A stretch of 60,997 nt of DNA from an uncultured Lysobacter sp. (GCA_964576455.1 CAZNWZ010000001.1:1-60997), one strand, 5' to 3'. Counted from the stretch's first letter, positions 45,611-59,088 are shown. A program made the numbers and translations. Notes: generated by a model not told the origin, from the letters alone.

Positions 45611-45663
45611 CTAGGAGTCCGGGCCGTCCGGATGGCCGGGATCTTCCGACAAGGGGGAGCACG

Positions 45664-46110
45664 GTGTTTCAGGGAGCATCGCAGATCAACCTCGACGCGA
45701 AGGGCCGCCTGGCGGTGCCGACGCGCGTGCGCGATCCCCTGACGCAAGGCGGCACGGTGCCGGTCGTCCTCACGGCGCACCCCGACAAGTGCCTGCTGCT
45801 CTACCCCGCTCCCGCCTGGGAGCCGGTGCGGGCCAAGGTCATGGCCTTTCCGAGCCTCGACCCCGCGTTCAACCCCTGGAAGCGCCTGCTCGTCGGCTTC
45901 GCCGAGGAGCTCCCGCTCGACGGGGCGGGGCGGCTCCTCGTTTCCCCCGAGCTGCGCGCGTTCGCGGGCATCGACAAGCGCGTGATGTTCATCGGCCAGG
46001 GAACCCACTACGAGATCTGGGACCTCGAGCGCTGGCAGCAGCAGCTCGACCGGCTGAGCGCCGGCGGCAGTCCCGTCTTGCCACCCGGGATGGAGAACTT
46101 CTCGCTGTGA
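45664..46110 (+). CDS. mraZ: Division/cell wall cluster transcriptional regulator MraZ, 148 aa
   Basis: An in-frame GTG with a GGGGAG SD gives (M)FQGASQINLDAKGRLAVP, the canonical MraZ start. There are two SpoVT/AbrB-like halves. Confidence 0.9.
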   Translation: MFQGASQINLDAKGRLAVPTRVRDPLTQGGTVPVVLTAHPDKCLLLYPAPAWEPVRAKVMAFPSLDPAFNPWKRLLVGFAEELPLDGAGRLLVSPELRAFAGIDKRVMFIGQGTHYEIWDLERWQQQLDRLSAGGSPVLPPGMENFSL

Positions 46111-46191
46111 CGCGGCCGGTGCCCCCGGGCTCCCGACCGCTCCGAAGCGAGGAGCGATCCACCGGCCCCAGGCACCCCCGACTTTTCCACC

Positions 46192-47118
46192 GTGAGTGAG
46201 GTCGCCCATGTCCCGGTCCTTCTCGAAGAAGCCGTCGCTGCCCTCCGTGTCCGCGCCGACGGAATCTACGTCGATGGCACCTTTGGCCGCGGCGGGCACA
46301 GCGCGGCCATCCTCGCCCTGCTCGGTGTTCGCGGAAGACTTCTCGCTTTTGATCAGGACCCCGCGGCGATTGCGTCTCGCGCGCTCCAAGATCGACGTCT
46401 TGAGCTGATCCATGGGCGCTTCTCGACGATGAAGGCGGAGCTCGGCGCGCGCGGCGTGACGCGCGTGGCGGGCGTGCTGCTGGACCTGGGCGTGTCCTCG
46501 CCGCAGCTCGACGAGGCGCATCGCGGATTCAGCTTCGCCGCCGACGGCCCGCTCGACATGCGCATGGACCCCGGCCGGGGGGAATCGGCCGCCGAATGGC
46601 TCGACCGGGCCACGGAACAAGAAATCAGGGAGGTGATCGGGACCTATGGGGAAGAACGGTTTGCTAAACAGGTTGCAGGAGCGATTGTTGCGGCAAGGGG
46701 CCGCGAACCTCTCCGGACCACAAGGCAGCTTGCCGAGGTCGTGGGTGGCGCGGTTCGGACGCGCGAGCCGGGCAAGCACCCGGCGACCCGGACCTTTCAG
46801 GCTCTTCGGATTCACGTCAATCAAGAGCTTGCGGAGCTCGAGATGACCCTGCCCCAGGCGGTCGAGCTGCTCGAGCCGGGCGGGAGGCTGGCGGTGATCA
46901 GCTTCCACTCGCTCGAGGACCGCCTCGTGAAGCACTTCCTGCGCGAGGGCGCGACCGCCGACCGGCTGCCGCGCGGCGTGCCCGTGCGCGCGAAGGACCT
47001 GCCCCAGCCCCGCCTTCGCCTCGTGGGCCGCGCCATCCGGCCCTCGCCGGCCGAGGTGGCCGCCAACCCCCGGGCGCGAAGCGCCACGCTGCGCGTGGCC
47101 GAGCGCACGGCCGCCTGA
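46192..47118 (+). CDS. rsmH: 16S rRNA (cytosine1402-N4)-methyltransferase, 308 aa
   Basis: RsmH strings are [32 protein letters not shown] and [12 protein letters not shown]. Confidence 0.92.
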   Translation: MSEVAHVPVLLEEAVAALRVRADGIYVDGTFGRGGHSAAILALLGVRGRLLAFDQDPAAIASRALQDRRLELIHGRFSTMKAELGARGVTRVAGVLLDLGVSSPQLDEAHRGFSFAADGPLDMRMDPGRGESAAEWLDRATEQEIREVIGTYGEERFAKQVAGAIVAARGREPLRTTRQLAEVVGGAVRTREPGKHPATRTFQALRIHVNQELAELEMTLPQAVELLEPGGRLAVISFHSLEDRLVKHFLREGATADRLPRGVPVRAKDLPQPRLRLVGRAIRPSPAEVAANPRARSATLRVAERTAA

Positions 47119-47132
47119 GAGGAGAAGCCGCC

Positions 47133-47417
47133 ATGACCCGCGTGAACCTCCTGCTGCTCGCCGTCGCCGTGGCCTGCGCCCTGGGCGTGATCACCGCGCA
47201 GCACAAGTCGAGGAAGCTCTTCATCGACCTGGAGGCGGGGCAGGCCGAGGCCAAGCGCCTCCAGGAGGAGTTCACGCAGCTGCAGCTCGAGCAGGGCACC
47301 TGGGCCACCCACAAGCGGGTCGAGGCGGTGGCCTCGCGCTCGCTGGGCATGCGCCTGCCCGAGCCCGGGACGACGCGCGTGGTCACCCTGGGCGAGCCGG
47401 AGGCCGCGAAGCGATGA
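47133..47417 (+). CDS. ftsL: Cell division protein FtsL, 94 aa
   Basis: This small bitopic protein has a TM helix LLLLAVAVACALGVI followed by a coiled coil, and sits between rsmH and ftsI. Confidence 0.85.
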   Translation: MTRVNLLLLAVAVACALGVITAQHKSRKLFIDLEAGQAEAKRLQEEFTQLQLEQGTWATHKRVEAVASRSLGMRLPEPGTTRVVTLGEPEAAKR

Positions 47418-49171
47418 GGTTCGAGAAGCGCACGCCGGAGCTGCGCCTGCGCCTCGAGGGCTGGCGCTCGCGCGTCGTGCTGGGGCTCGCGGCGGCCGGC
47501 TTCGCCGTGCTCGCCGGCCGCGCCTTCTGGCTGCAGGGGCTCAACCACGGCTTCCTGCAGCAGAAGGGCGAGGCGCGGTACGGCCGCGTGCTCGAGATGC
47601 CGGCCTCGCGCGGGCCGGTGAAGGACCGCAACGGGGAGCCCCTCGCGATCTCCACGCCGGTGGAGTCCATCTGGGCGAGCCCCGAGGACTTCGAGGCGGA
47701 CGAGGCGAGGCTGCGCGCGCTCGCGCGGGTGCTGGGCCTGGAGCCGGAGGACATCCGCCAGAAAGTTGCCAACAAGGATCGCCAGTTCGTCTGGCTCAAG
47801 CGCCAGATCTCGCCCGAGCAGGCCCTCAAGGTGATGGCCCTGAACGTCCCGGGAGTCTTCCAGCAGCGCGAGTTCCGCCGCTACTACCCGGCGGGCGAGG
47901 TGATGGCGCACGTGGTGGGGTTCACCGGCATCGACGACAGCGGCCAGGAGGGCATCGAGCTCGCCCAGCAGGCCTGGCTCGCCGGCACGCCCGGCAGCCG
48001 CAAGGTGATCAAGGACCGCAAGGGCCGCATCGTCGAGGACGTGGAGAGCCTGCGCGTGCCGCGCGACGGCCGGGAGCTGCGGCTCTCCCTCGACCAGCGC
48101 CTGCAGTTCCTCGCCCATCGCGAGCTCAAGGCCGCGGTCGAGGCCAACCGCGCCCGCGGCGGCTCGCTGGTCATGCTCGACGCGCGCACCGGCGAGGTCC
48201 TCGCGCTCGTGAACCAGCCCGACTACAACCCCAACAACCGCGCCCACGTGACGGGCCGGCAGACGCGCAACCGCTCCGTGACCGACATCTTCGAGCCGGG
48301 CTCGACGATGAAGCCCTTCACGGTGGCCGCCGCCCTCGAGGCCGGCCTGGTGAAGCCGCAGACGGTCATCCAGACCGCGCCCGGCTCGATGACGGTCGGC
48401 GGCTGGACCATCAGCGACGCGCACCCGCACGGCGCGCTCACCGTGCAGCAGGTGATCCAGAAGTCCTCCAACGTGGGCACCGCCAAGATCCAGCTGCAGA
48501 TGGCGGCCGAGGACCTGGGCGCCTTCTACCGCGACCTCGGGTTCGGCGCGCCGCCCCAGACGGGCTTCCCGGGCGAGGCGAAGGGGCTGCTGCGGCCGGC
48601 GGCGAAGTGGAAGCCCATCGAGCAGGCGACGATGGCCTACGGCCACGGCATCTCGGTGTCGCTGCTGCAGATCGCGCGCGCCTACACCGTATTCACCGGC
48701 GAGGGGCACCTGCTGCCGCTCTCGCTCGTGCGCCGCGACGCCCGCCCCATCGGCAAGCCGCTGCTGTCGCGGGAGACCGCGCGCGAGGTGGCGCACATGA
48801 TGGAGATGGCGGTGGGGCCGGGCGGCACCGCCCCGCGCGCGGCCGTTCCCGGCTACCGCGTGGCGGGCAAGACCGGCACCGCGCACAAGCCCGAGGGCGG
48901 CGGCTACGCCGAGCACAAGTACGTCTCGTCCTTCGTGGGCTTCGGCCCGGTGTCGGACCCGCGCTTCATCGTGGCGGTGATGCTGGACGAGCCCGGCGGC
49001 GGCCGCTACTACGGCGGCGACGTGGGCGCGCCGGTGTTCGCCTCCGTGATGGGCGCGGCGCTGCGCATGGCCGCCGTGCCGCCCGACGCCCCGCAGACCC
49101 TCAACGTCCAGGCGCCGCCGCGCCCGCCCGCCACCGAGGCCCGCGCGGGCCGCGCCGGAGGCGAGGGATGA
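47414..49171 (+). CDS. ftsI: Peptidoglycan D,D-transpeptidase FtsI (PBP3), 585 aa
   Basis: Motifs are SxxK (GSTMKPF), SxN (KSSNVG) and KTG (GKTGTA). The start overlaps the ftsL stop as ATGA. Confidence 0.92.
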   Translation: MRFEKRTPELRLRLEGWRSRVVLGLAAAGFAVLAGRAFWLQGLNHGFLQQKGEARYGRVLEMPASRGPVKDRNGEPLAISTPVESIWASPEDFEADEARLRALARVLGLEPEDIRQKVANKDRQFVWLKRQISPEQALKVMALNVPGVFQQREFRRYYPAGEVMAHVVGFTGIDDSGQEGIELAQQAWLAGTPGSRKVIKDRKGRIVEDVESLRVPRDGRELRLSLDQRLQFLAHRELKAAVEANRARGGSLVMLDARTGEVLALVNQPDYNPNNRAHVTGRQTRNRSVTDIFEPGSTMKPFTVAAALEAGLVKPQTVIQTAPGSMTVGGWTISDAHPHGALTVQQVIQKSSNVGTAKIQLQMAAEDLGAFYRDLGFGAPPQTGFPGEAKGLLRPAAKWKPIEQATMAYGHGISVSLLQIARAYTVFTGEGHLLPLSLVRRDARPIGKPLLSRETAREVAHMMEMAVGPGGTAPRAAVPGYRVAGKTGTAHKPEGGGYAEHKYVSSFVGFGPVSDPRFIVAVMLDEPGGGRYYGGDVGAPVFASVMGAALRMAAVPPDAPQTLNVQAPPRPPATEARAGRAGGEG

Positions 49172-50646
49172 TCGCCGTGGCCGAGCCCGTGCGCGCCGCC
49201 GCCCCCCTCGCCGAGCGCCTGGCCGCGCTGGGCGTGCCGCTCGCCGACCTCACCACGGACTCGCGCGCGGTGAAGCACGGCTCGGTGTTCCTGGCCTATC
49301 CCGGCAGCCTGCGCGACGGGCGCCTGTTCATCGCCGACGCCATCGCCCGCGGCGCGGCGGCCGTGGTCTGGGAGGGCCGCGGCTTCGACTGGCGGCCGGA
49401 GTGGACCGTCCCCAACCTCGCGGTCGAGGACCTGCGCGCCCGCGCGAGCGACATCGCGGGCATCGTCTACGGCGACCCCTCCGCGAGGCTCTGGATGGTG
49501 GGCGTCACGGGGACCAACGGCAAGACCTCGGTGGCGCAGTGGGTGGCGCAGGCCTTCGACGGCCTGGGGCGCCGCGCCGCCGTCCTGGGCACGCTGGGCA
49601 ACGGCCTGGTGGGCGAGCGCGCGGAGGCCCGGAACACGACCCCCGACCCGGTGGTGCTGCAGCGCGAGCTGGCCGACTACCTGCGCCGGGGCGCCAAGGT
49701 CGCGGCGATGGAGGTTTCCAGCCACGGCCTGGACCAGGGCCGCGCCGCGGGCATCAAGTTCGACGTCGCCGCCTTCACGAACCTCACGCGCGACCACCTC
49801 GACTACCACGGCACGATGGAGGCCTACGCGCAGGCGAAGTTCCGCCTGTTCCACTCGCGCGGGGTGAGCCGCGCCGTGATCAACGTGGACGACGACTGGG
49901 GCCGCGTGTTCGCCGGGCGCCTGCGCGGCTCCGCCGTCGACGTGGTGGGCTACGGCCTCGCGGGCGGGCGCCTGCGGGCCGCCGGCTTCGAACAGTCGGA
50001 GGCGGGGCTTCGCATCCGGATCGACGGGGAGTGGGGGACGGGCGAGGTGGCGGTGCCGGTGCTCGGCGCCTTCAACGTGTCGAACCTGCTCGCCGTGACC
50101 GCCACGCTCCTCGCGAGCGGCGTGTCCTTCGGCGACGCGCTCGCCGCGGTGGCGCGGCTGAAGCCGGTGCCCGGCCGCCTGGAGCGCGTGGGCGGGGGCG
50201 AGGCGCCCCTGGCCGTCGTGGACTACGCGCACACGCCCGACGCGCTCGAGAAGGCGCTCGCCGCGGTGCGCCCGGTGGTGGCGCCGGGGCGGCGGCTCCT
50301 GTGCGTCTTCGGCTGCGGCGGCGACCGCGACGCGGGCAAGCGCCCCATCATGGGCGAGGCGGCGGCCCGGCTCGCCGACCACGTGATCGTCACCAGCGAC
50401 AACCCGCGCAGCGAGGATCCGCAGGCCATCATCGACCAGGTGCTCTCCGGCGTCCTCAGCGGCAGCGTCGAGTCCGTCGCCGACCGCCAGGTGGCGATCT
50501 TCTCCGCGATCCACCAGGCGGCGCCGGGCGACGTGGTGCTCCTGGCGGGCAAGGGCCACGAGACCTACCAGGAGATCGCCGGCGTGCGCCACCCGTTCAG
50601 CGACGCCGAGGTGGCGGCCGCGGCGCTGGAGGCGCGCCCGCGATGA
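49168..50646 (+). CDS. murE: UDP-N-acetylmuramoyl-L-alanyl-D-glutamate--2,6-diaminopimelate ligase, 492 aa
   Basis: It starts at an internal ATG coupled (ATGA) to the ftsI stop. Motifs are [10 protein letters not shown], the DNPR motif (TSDNPRSEDP) and GKGHE. Confidence 0.92.
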   Translation: MIAVAEPVRAAAPLAERLAALGVPLADLTTDSRAVKHGSVFLAYPGSLRDGRLFIADAIARGAAAVVWEGRGFDWRPEWTVPNLAVEDLRARASDIAGIVYGDPSARLWMVGVTGTNGKTSVAQWVAQAFDGLGRRAAVLGTLGNGLVGERAEARNTTPDPVVLQRELADYLRRGAKVAAMEVSSHGLDQGRAAGIKFDVAAFTNLTRDHLDYHGTMEAYAQAKFRLFHSRGVSRAVINVDDDWGRVFAGRLRGSAVDVVGYGLAGGRLRAAGFEQSEAGLRIRIDGEWGTGEVAVPVLGAFNVSNLLAVTATLLASGVSFGDALAAVARLKPVPGRLERVGGGEAPLAVVDYAHTPDALEKALAAVRPVVAPGRRLLCVFGCGGDRDAGKRPIMGEAAARLADHVIVTSDNPRSEDPQAIIDQVLSGVLSGSVESVADRQVAIFSAIHQAAPGDVVLLAGKGHETYQEIAGVRHPFSDAEVAAAALEARPR

Positions 50647-52031
50647 CCCCCCCCGGCCTCGCGCCCGCCCCGATGATGGACCTGGACGAGCTCGCCCGCG
50701 CCACGGGCGGTGCCGCGGCCGGCGAGCGCGTGGGCTTCTCCGGCGTGGGCACCGACAGCCGCGTGATCGCGCCCGGCGAGCTCTTCGTGGCGCTTCGCGG
50801 CGAGAGCTTCGACGGCCACGACTACGTGCCGCAGGCCATCGGCCGCGGCGCGGCCGCCGCGCTCGTCTCCCGCCGCGTGGGCAGCGAGCGCGAGATCCCG
50901 CAGGTGGTGGTGAAGGACACGCGCATCGCGCTGGGGCTCCTGGCCGCCGCGTGGCGCTCGCGCTTCCCGCTGCCGGTGGCGGCCCTCACGGGCAGCAACG
51001 GCAAGACCACCGTGAAGGAGATGCTCGCCTCGATCCTGGCCGTTCACTGCGGCGGACGCGGGGACGTGCTGGCGACGGAGGGCAACCTCAACAACGACAT
51101 CGGCGTGCCGCTCATGCTCCTGAAGCTGCGCGAGCACCACCGCTACGCCGTCCTCGAGCTCGGCATGAACCACCTGGGCGAGATCGACTACCTCGCGCGG
51201 CTCGTCGCGCCGCGCGTGGCCCTCGTGAACAACGCCCACCGCGCGCACATCGGGATCCTCGGCTCGATCGAGGCCATCGCGCAGGCCAAGGGCGAGATCT
51301 ACGCGGGGCTGCGCGCCGGCGGCATCGCCCTGGTGAACGCCGACGACCCGTTCGCCGGGTACTGGAAGGGGCTCGCCGCCGGCCGCACGGTCGTCACCTT
51401 CGGCGCCGCGGAGGGCGCGGACGTGCGCGGCCGCCTCGAGCAGGGGCAGCTGCGGCTCGTGACGCCGCTCGACGCCTTCGCCGTCACCCTGCAGGTGCCC
51501 GGGGAGCACAACGCGGCGAACGCGATCGCCGCCTGCGCCGCGGCGTTCGCCCTCGAGATCCCGCCGCGCGACATCCAGGCCGGGCTCGCCGCCTACGCCG
51601 GCACGAAGGGGCGGCTGCAGGCGCGCCGCGGGCTGGGCGGCGCCACGGTGATCGACGACACCTACAACGCCAACCCCGACTCCCTGAAGGCCGCGATCCG
51701 CGTGCTGGCGGCCGCCCCCGGCCGGCGCGTGCTGGTGATGGGCGACATGGGCGAGCTGGGCGAGGCGGGCGCGGCGCTGCACGCCGAGGCCGGCGCGTTC
51801 GCCCGGGGCGCGGGGATCGAGCGCCTGCTCGCCGTGGGCCCGCTCAGCGTGCACGCGGTGGAGGCCTTCGGGCCCCCCGCGGCGCACTTTCCCTCCATCG
51901 AGGCGCTGGCGTCGGAGGCCCGGGTGGAGGCGGCCAAGCGCAAGGTGACGCTGCTGGTGAAGGGGTCGCGCTTCATGCGCATGGAGCGCGTGGTCGAGCG
52001 GCTCGCCGCGGAGGGCGCCGATGCTGCTTGA
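50643..52031 (+). CDS. murF: UDP-N-acetylmuramoyl-tripeptide--D-alanyl-D-alanine ligase, 462 aa
   Basis: It starts at an internal ATG coupled (ATGA) to the murE stop. Motifs are [18 protein letters not shown] and GDMGELG. Confidence 0.92.
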   Translation: MTPPGLAPAPMMDLDELARATGGAAAGERVGFSGVGTDSRVIAPGELFVALRGESFDGHDYVPQAIGRGAAAALVSRRVGSEREIPQVVVKDTRIALGLLAAAWRSRFPLPVAALTGSNGKTTVKEMLASILAVHCGGRGDVLATEGNLNNDIGVPLMLLKLREHHRYAVLELGMNHLGEIDYLARLVAPRVALVNNAHRAHIGILGSIEAIAQAKGEIYAGLRAGGIALVNADDPFAGYWKGLAAGRTVVTFGAAEGADVRGRLEQGQLRLVTPLDAFAVTLQVPGEHNAANAIAACAAAFALEIPPRDIQAGLAAYAGTKGRLQARRGLGGATVIDDTYNANPDSLKAAIRVLAAAPGRRVLVMGDMGELGEAGAALHAEAGAFARGAGIERLLAVGPLSVHAVEAFGPPAAHFPSIEALASEARVEAAKRKVTLLVKGSRFMRMERVVERLAAEGADAA

Positions 52032-53106
52032 ACTGGCCCAGTGGCTCGCGGGCGAGATCCGCGCCTTCAACGTCTTCACCTACATCACGCTGCGCGCGGT
52101 GCTCGCCGCGCTCACGGCGCTCGCGATCTCCTTCGTCATCGGCCCGGCCATGATCAGGCGCCTCACCGCCTACAAGATCGGCCAGGCCGTGCGCGACGAC
52201 GGCCCGCAGACGCACCTCGTGAAGACCGGCACCCCCACCATGGGCGGCGCCCTCATCCTCGTCTCGGTGGCGGTCACGACGCTGCTCTGGGCGGACCTCG
52301 AGAACCGCTACGTGTGGATCTGCCTGGCCACCACCCTCGGCTTCGGCGCCATCGGCTGGGTGGACGACTGGCGCAAGGTCGTGCACCGCAACCCCAAGGG
52401 GCTGTCCGCGCGCGCCAAGTTCCTGTGGCAGTCGGCGATCGCGCTCGCGGCCGTGGCCGCGCTCGCCTGGAGCGCGAAGCTGCCGGCCCAGACCGAGCTC
52501 CTGGTGCCCTTCTTCAAGACGGTGGCGATCCCCCTGGGCGCCATCGGCTTCGTGATCCTGGGCTTCTTCGTCGTGGTGGGGACCTCCAACGCGGTGAACC
52601 TCACCGACGGCCTCGACGGGCTCGCCATCATGCCCACCGTGATGATCGCCGGCGCGCTCGCGGTGTTCGCCTACGTGACGGGGCACGCCGTGTTCTCCCG
52701 GTACCTCGGCTTCCCCTTCATCTCCGGGGCGGGGGAGCTGGCGGTCTTCTGCGCCGCCATCGCGGGCGCCGGGCTCGCCTTCCTCTGGTTCAACGCCTAC
52801 CCGGCCGAGGTCTTCATGGGCGACGTGGGCGCGCTCGCGCTGGGCGCCGCGCTCGGCATGGTGGCGATCGTCGTGCGGCAGGAGATCGTGCTCTTCATCA
52901 TGGGCGGCGTGTTCGTCGTGGAGACGCTCTCCGTGATGATCCAGGTGGCCTCGTTCAAGCTCACCGGCCGGCGCGTGTTCCGCATGGCCCCGCTGCACCA
53001 CCACTACGAGCTCAAGGGCTGGAAGGAGAACCAGGTCGTGGTGCGCTTCTGGATCATCACGATGATGCTGGTCCTCTTCGGGCTCTCGACCCTCAAGCTC
53101 CGCTAG
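52021..53106 (+). CDS. mraY: Phospho-N-acetylmuramoyl-pentapeptide-transferase, 361 aa
   Basis: MraY strings are [29 protein letters not shown] and APLHHHYE. Confidence 0.95.
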   Translation: MLLELAQWLAGEIRAFNVFTYITLRAVLAALTALAISFVIGPAMIRRLTAYKIGQAVRDDGPQTHLVKTGTPTMGGALILVSVAVTTLLWADLENRYVWICLATTLGFGAIGWVDDWRKVVHRNPKGLSARAKFLWQSAIALAAVAALAWSAKLPAQTELLVPFFKTVAIPLGAIGFVILGFFVVVGTSNAVNLTDGLDGLAIMPTVMIAGALAVFAYVTGHAVFSRYLGFPFISGAGELAVFCAAIAGAGLAFLWFNAYPAEVFMGDVGALALGAALGMVAIVVRQEIVLFIMGGVFVVETLSVMIQVASFKLTGRRVFRMAPLHHHYELKGWKENQVVVRFWIITMMLVLFGLSTLKLR

Positions 53107-53119
53107 GCGCGACAAGGAG

Positions 53120-54490
53120 ATGGCACATGGCGAATGGGCAGGCAAGAGCGTTCTCGTTCTGGGGCTCGGTGACACGGGGCTTTCGTGCGTTCGTTGGCTC
53201 GCTCAGGAAGGCGCGCGGCTGCGCGGCGCCGACACGCGCCAAGCGCCTCCGGCCCTGGGAGCGGTCCGCGAGGCGGTCCCCGGAATCCGCGTCGATCTCG
53301 GCCCCTTCCGCGCCGAGAGCCTGGCAGGCGTGGACGCGGTCGCTGCGAGTCCGGGCGTTGCGCTTCGCGAGCCGGTCCTGCGCGAGGCCCTCGCCCGCGG
53401 CATCGAGGTCGTCGGCGACGTCGAGATCCTCGGGCGCGAGCTGGCGCGCTCGGGCGGCGGGGCGCGCGTGATCGGCGTGACGGGCACCAACGGCAAGAGC
53501 ACCGTGACGGCGCTCGCGGGCGCGATGGCGCGCGCCGCGGGGCTCTCCACGGTGGTGGCCGGCAACATCGGCCTGCCCGTGCTCGACGCGCTGCGCGAGG
53601 CGAAGGCGGCCGGGATGCCGCAGGCGTGGGTGATCGAGCTGTCGAGCTACCAGCTCGAGACCACCGCGAGCCTCGCCCTGGACGCGGCCGCGATGCTCAA
53701 CCTCTCGCAGGACCACCTCGACCGCTACGACACGATGGACGGCTACGCCGCGGCCAAGGCGCGCATCTTCGCCCGCTGCGGCACGCGCGTCCTCAACCGC
53801 GACGACCCGTGGAGCCTCGCGATGAAGGGCGGCCGGGCGGTCACCTTCGGGCTGGGCGAGCCGGCGCGGGACGACGAGTGGGGCATCCGGGGCGGCGAGC
53901 TCGTCCACGGCCGCGAGCCCATCGTGGGGCTCTTCGAGGTTCCCGTGGCGGGCCTGCACAACGCGGCCAACGCGCTGGCGGCGCACGCGCTCTGCGCCAG
54001 CTGCGGCCTGCCGGCCCGGCCGCTCGCCGACGCCATCCGCGAGTTCCGCGGGCTCCCGCACCGCGCCGAGCGCGTCGCCGCCGCCCGCGGCGTCGTGTTC
54101 TACGACGACTCGAAGGGCACGAACGTCGGCGCGACCGTCGCCGCGCTCGAGGGCATGCGCGGCAAGGTGGTGCTCATCGCCGGCGGCGACGGCAAGGGGC
54201 AGGACTTCTCCCCGCTCGCCCCCGCCGTGCGCGAGCACGCGCGGGCGGTCGTCCTGATCGGGCGCGACGCGCCGGCGGTCGAGGCGGCGATCGCGCCGGC
54301 CGGCGTGCCCTGCACGCGCGAGGCCACGATGGAGGCGGCCGTGGAGGCGGCCTTCCGGCTCGCCGCGCCCGGCGACGCGGTGCTCCTGTCGCCCGCCTGC
54401 GCGAGCTTCGACATGTTCGCGAGCTACCGTCACCGGGGCGAGGTGTTCGCCGCCGCCGCCCGGGCGCTCGCCGCGAGGGTGGAGGGCTGA
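53120..54490 (+). CDS. murD: UDP-N-acetylmuramoylalanine--D-glutamate ligase, 456 aa
   Basis: MurD strings are [33 protein letters not shown]. The start is slightly uncertain because the AAGGAG motif sits immediately before the ATG. Confidence 0.9.
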   Translation: MAHGEWAGKSVLVLGLGDTGLSCVRWLAQEGARLRGADTRQAPPALGAVREAVPGIRVDLGPFRAESLAGVDAVAASPGVALREPVLREALARGIEVVGDVEILGRELARSGGGARVIGVTGTNGKSTVTALAGAMARAAGLSTVVAGNIGLPVLDALREAKAAGMPQAWVIELSSYQLETTASLALDAAAMLNLSQDHLDRYDTMDGYAAAKARIFARCGTRVLNRDDPWSLAMKGGRAVTFGLGEPARDDEWGIRGGELVHGREPIVGLFEVPVAGLHNAANALAAHALCASCGLPARPLADAIREFRGLPHRAERVAAARGVVFYDDSKGTNVGATVAALEGMRGKVVLIAGGDGKGQDFSPLAPAVREHARAVVLIGRDAPAVEAAIAPAGVPCTREATMEAAVEAAFRLAAPGDAVLLSPACASFDMFASYRHRGEVFAAAARALAARVEG

Positions 54491-55641
54491 TGCTCTACAG
54501 CCCCGGACGCCGCGACACCGCCGTGGACCAGGCCCTCGCCTGGAGCGCGGTGCTGCTCGCCGCCTTCGGGCTCGTGATGGTGTACTCGGCCTCCATCGCC
54601 ATGGCCGAGGCCGAGCGCTTCACGGGGTTCCGCGCCCACTACTTCCTCGCCCGGCACGGGATCTTCCTCGCGGCCGGGCTGGCGGCGGGCGCGCTCGCGT
54701 TCCGCGTGCCCCTGCGCTACTGGCAGGCGGCCGCGCCCTGGCTCTTCATGGCGGGCGTGGGGCTCCTCATCCTCGTTCTCATCCCGGGCATCGGCCGCGA
54801 GGTGAACGGAGCCCGCCGCTGGATAGGGCTGGGATCGGCGGGCTTCCAACCCTCGGAGGTGATGAAGCTCCTCGTGGTCCTCTACGCGGCCGACTACACG
54901 GTGCGCAAGGCCGCCTTCATGGACGACCTGAAGAAGGGGTTCCTGCCGATGTTCTCGGTCATGTTCTTCGTGGCCGGGCTCCTGCTGCGCGAGCCGGACT
55001 TCGGGGCGCTCGTCGTGGTCACCACGATCGCGATGGCGATCCTGTTCCTGGGCGGCCTCAACTGGCGCCTCTTCGCCGTGCTGGTGGTCGGGCTCGCCGT
55101 GGCCTTCGTCGTCCTCATCGTCTCCTCGCCCTACCGGCTGCAGCGCATCCTGGGCTTCATGGACCCGTGGGCCGACGCCTACGGCAAGGGCTACCAGCTC
55201 TCGCACTCGCTCATCGCCTTCGGGCGCGGCGAGTGGCTGGGCGTGGGGCTGGGGGCCTCGGTGGAGAAGCTCTTCTACCTGCCGGAGGCGCACACCGACT
55301 TCGTGCTCGCCGTGATCGCCGAGGAGCTGGGGTTCGCGGGCGTGGCCGCCGTGATCACGCTCTTCCTCTTCCTCGTGGCGCGCGCCTTCGCCGTGGGGCG
55401 CCAGGCCGCGAGCCTGGAGCGCTACTACGCGGCGCTGGTGGCGCAGGGCATCGGCGTGTGGCTCGCCGCGCAGGCCTTCATCAACATGGGCGTGAACATG
55501 GGGCTGCTGCCCACCAAGGGGCTCACGCTCCCGTTCCTGTCCTTCGGCGGCACCGGCATCGTGATGAACTGCGTCTGCGTCGCGATCCTGCTGCGCGTGG
55601 ACTTCGAGAACCGCTACCTCATGCGCGGGGGTTCGCTGTGA
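54490..55641 (+). CDS. ftsW: Peptidoglycan glycosyltransferase / lipid II flippase-family protein FtsW (SEDS), 383 aa
   Basis: It starts at an internal ATG overlapping the murD stop (TGATG). It is polytopic. SEDS strings are [16 protein letters not shown] and [16 protein letters not shown]. Confidence 0.9.
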   Translation: MLYSPGRRDTAVDQALAWSAVLLAAFGLVMVYSASIAMAEAERFTGFRAHYFLARHGIFLAAGLAAGALAFRVPLRYWQAAAPWLFMAGVGLLILVLIPGIGREVNGARRWIGLGSAGFQPSEVMKLLVVLYAADYTVRKAAFMDDLKKGFLPMFSVMFFVAGLLLREPDFGALVVVTTIAMAILFLGGLNWRLFAVLVVGLAVAFVVLIVSSPYRLQRILGFMDPWADAYGKGYQLSHSLIAFGRGEWLGVGLGASVEKLFYLPEAHTDFVLAVIAEELGFAGVAAVITLFLFLVARAFAVGRQAASLERYYAALVAQGIGVWLAAQAFINMGVNMGLLPTKGLTLPFLSFGGTGIVMNCVCVAILLRVDFENRYLMRGGSL

Positions 55642-56740
55642 GCCGGACGATCCTCGTCATGGCGGCCGGCACCGGGGGACACATCTTCCCGGGCCTCGCG
55701 ATCGCGGGCGAGCTCGCGAGGCGCGGCTGGAAGGTCGCGTGGATGGGCACGCCGGCAGGCATGGAGCGCAAGCTCGTCGCGCAGGCGGGCTATCCCCTCG
55801 AGACGGTGTCCATGGGAGGCGTGCGCGGCAAGGGCGTCCTCGCCTGGCTCCTGCTGCCGCTGCGCCTGCTCGTCGCGTTCTGGCAGGCGAGCGCGATCCT
55901 CTTCCGCGTGCGTCCCGACGTGGTCCTGTCCCTGGGCGGCTACGTCGCCTTCCCCGGCGGGATGATGGCCGCGCTCTGGGGCCGGCCGCTCGTCGTGCAC
56001 GAGCCGGGCGCCACCGCGGGGCTCGCCAACCGCGCGCTCGCGCTCGTGGCCGACCGCGTCGTCGCGGGCATGGAAGGGTCGTTCGAGGCCCGCACGGGCC
56101 ACGGGATCGGCGACCGCATCCCGAGGCCCGGCCGCGTCGAGTGGCTCGGCACGCCGGTGCGCGAGGAGATCGCGCGCGTGCCCGCCCCCGAAGCGCGCTA
56201 CGCCGGGCGCTCGGGACCCCTGCGCCTGCTCGTGGTGGGCGGGAGCCTGGGCGCGCAGACGCTCAACGAGCTCGTGGTGGCCGCGCTCGCGGCGATGCCC
56301 GGGGACGATCGCCCGGAGGTGGTCCACCAGGCGGGCGAGCGCAACATCGACGCGCTGCGCGAAGCCTACGGGAGGGCCGGCGTGAAGGCCGAGCTCGTCG
56401 CCTTCATCGACGACATGGCCGCGCGCTACGCCTGGTGCGACGTGCTCGTCGCGCGCTCGGGCGCCATCACCGTCGCCGAGATCGGCGTGGCGGGCGTGGC
56501 CGCGATCCTCTTCCCGCTGCCGTGGTTCGTGGCCGACGAGCAGGCCGGCAACGCGCGCTTCCTGGAGTCGCGCGGCGCGGCGATCCGCCTCGCGCAGCTC
56601 GAGACCACGCCGGCGGGGCTCGCCTCGCTGCTCGCGGGCCTCACGCGCGAGAAGCTCGCGGCGATGGCCGCGGCCGCCCGCGCGCTCGGCAAGCCCGACG
56701 CCACCGCGCGCTGCGCGGACCTCTGCGAGAGCCTCGCCGC

Positions 56741-56744
<4 letters not shown>
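55638..56744 (+). CDS. murG: Undecaprenyldiphospho-muramoylpentapeptide beta-N-acetylglucosaminyltransferase, 368 aa
   Basis: The start is GTGA-coupled. MurG strings are [23 protein letters not shown] and RSGAITVAE. Confidence 0.92.
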
Positions 56745-58153
<1,409 letters not shown>

Positions 58154-58157
58154 GGGG

Positions 58158-59088
58158 ATGGACATGAGCGACTCGACCCGATTCGCCCCTGCCTGCCGCG
58201 GCACCCTGCGGCACGACGAGCCGATGGCGAGGCACGTGAGCTGGCGCGCGGGCGGCCGGGCGCGCCTCTTCTTCCAGCCCGCCGACCTCGAGGACCTGCG
58301 GGCGTTCCTCGGCGCGCTGCCGGCGGGCGAGCCCGTTCTCTTCGTCGGGCTGGGCAGCAACCTCCTCGTGCGCGACGGCGGCTTCGACGGCGCCGTGGTG
58401 TTCACCCACCGCGCGCTCACGGGCATCGAGGCCGCGCCGCCGCTGGGCCCCAGGCTCCTCTTCGTGGCCGGCGCGGGCGTCCCCGCCCCGCACCTGGCGC
58501 GCTTCGTCGCCCGCCACGGCGGCGCGGGAGCGGAGTGGATGGCGGGCGTGCCGGGGACCGTGGGCGGGGCGCTCGCGATGAACGCCGGCTGCTACGGCGG
58601 CGAGACCTGGGACCACGTGGTGTCGGCGCGCACGATCGACCGCGGCGGGCAGCTGCGCACGCGGACCGCGGCCGACTACGAGATCGGCTACCGGCACGTG
58701 CGGCTGCGCGCCGGGCCCGAGGAGTGGTTCGTGGGCGCGACGTTCGCGTTCGACGCGGGCGAGGAGGCGGCCGCGATGGCGCGCATGAAGGCGCTCCTCG
58801 TGAAGCGCGTGGCCACCCAGCCGCTCAGCCGGCCCAACGCGGGCAGCGTCTTCCGCAACCCGCCGGGCGACCACGCGGCGCGGCTCATCGAGTCCTGCGG
58901 CCTCAAGGGCTTCACGGCCGGCGGCGCGCAGGTGTCCCGGAAGCACGCCAACTTCATCGTCAACGTCGGCGGCGCCACGGCGGCGGACATCGAGGCCGTC
59001 ATCGAGCACGTGCAGGCGACGGTGAAGGCGGCGGCGGGCGTGGAGCTCGTGCGCGAGGTGCGAATCGTCGGAAGCGCGGGGGGCGACC

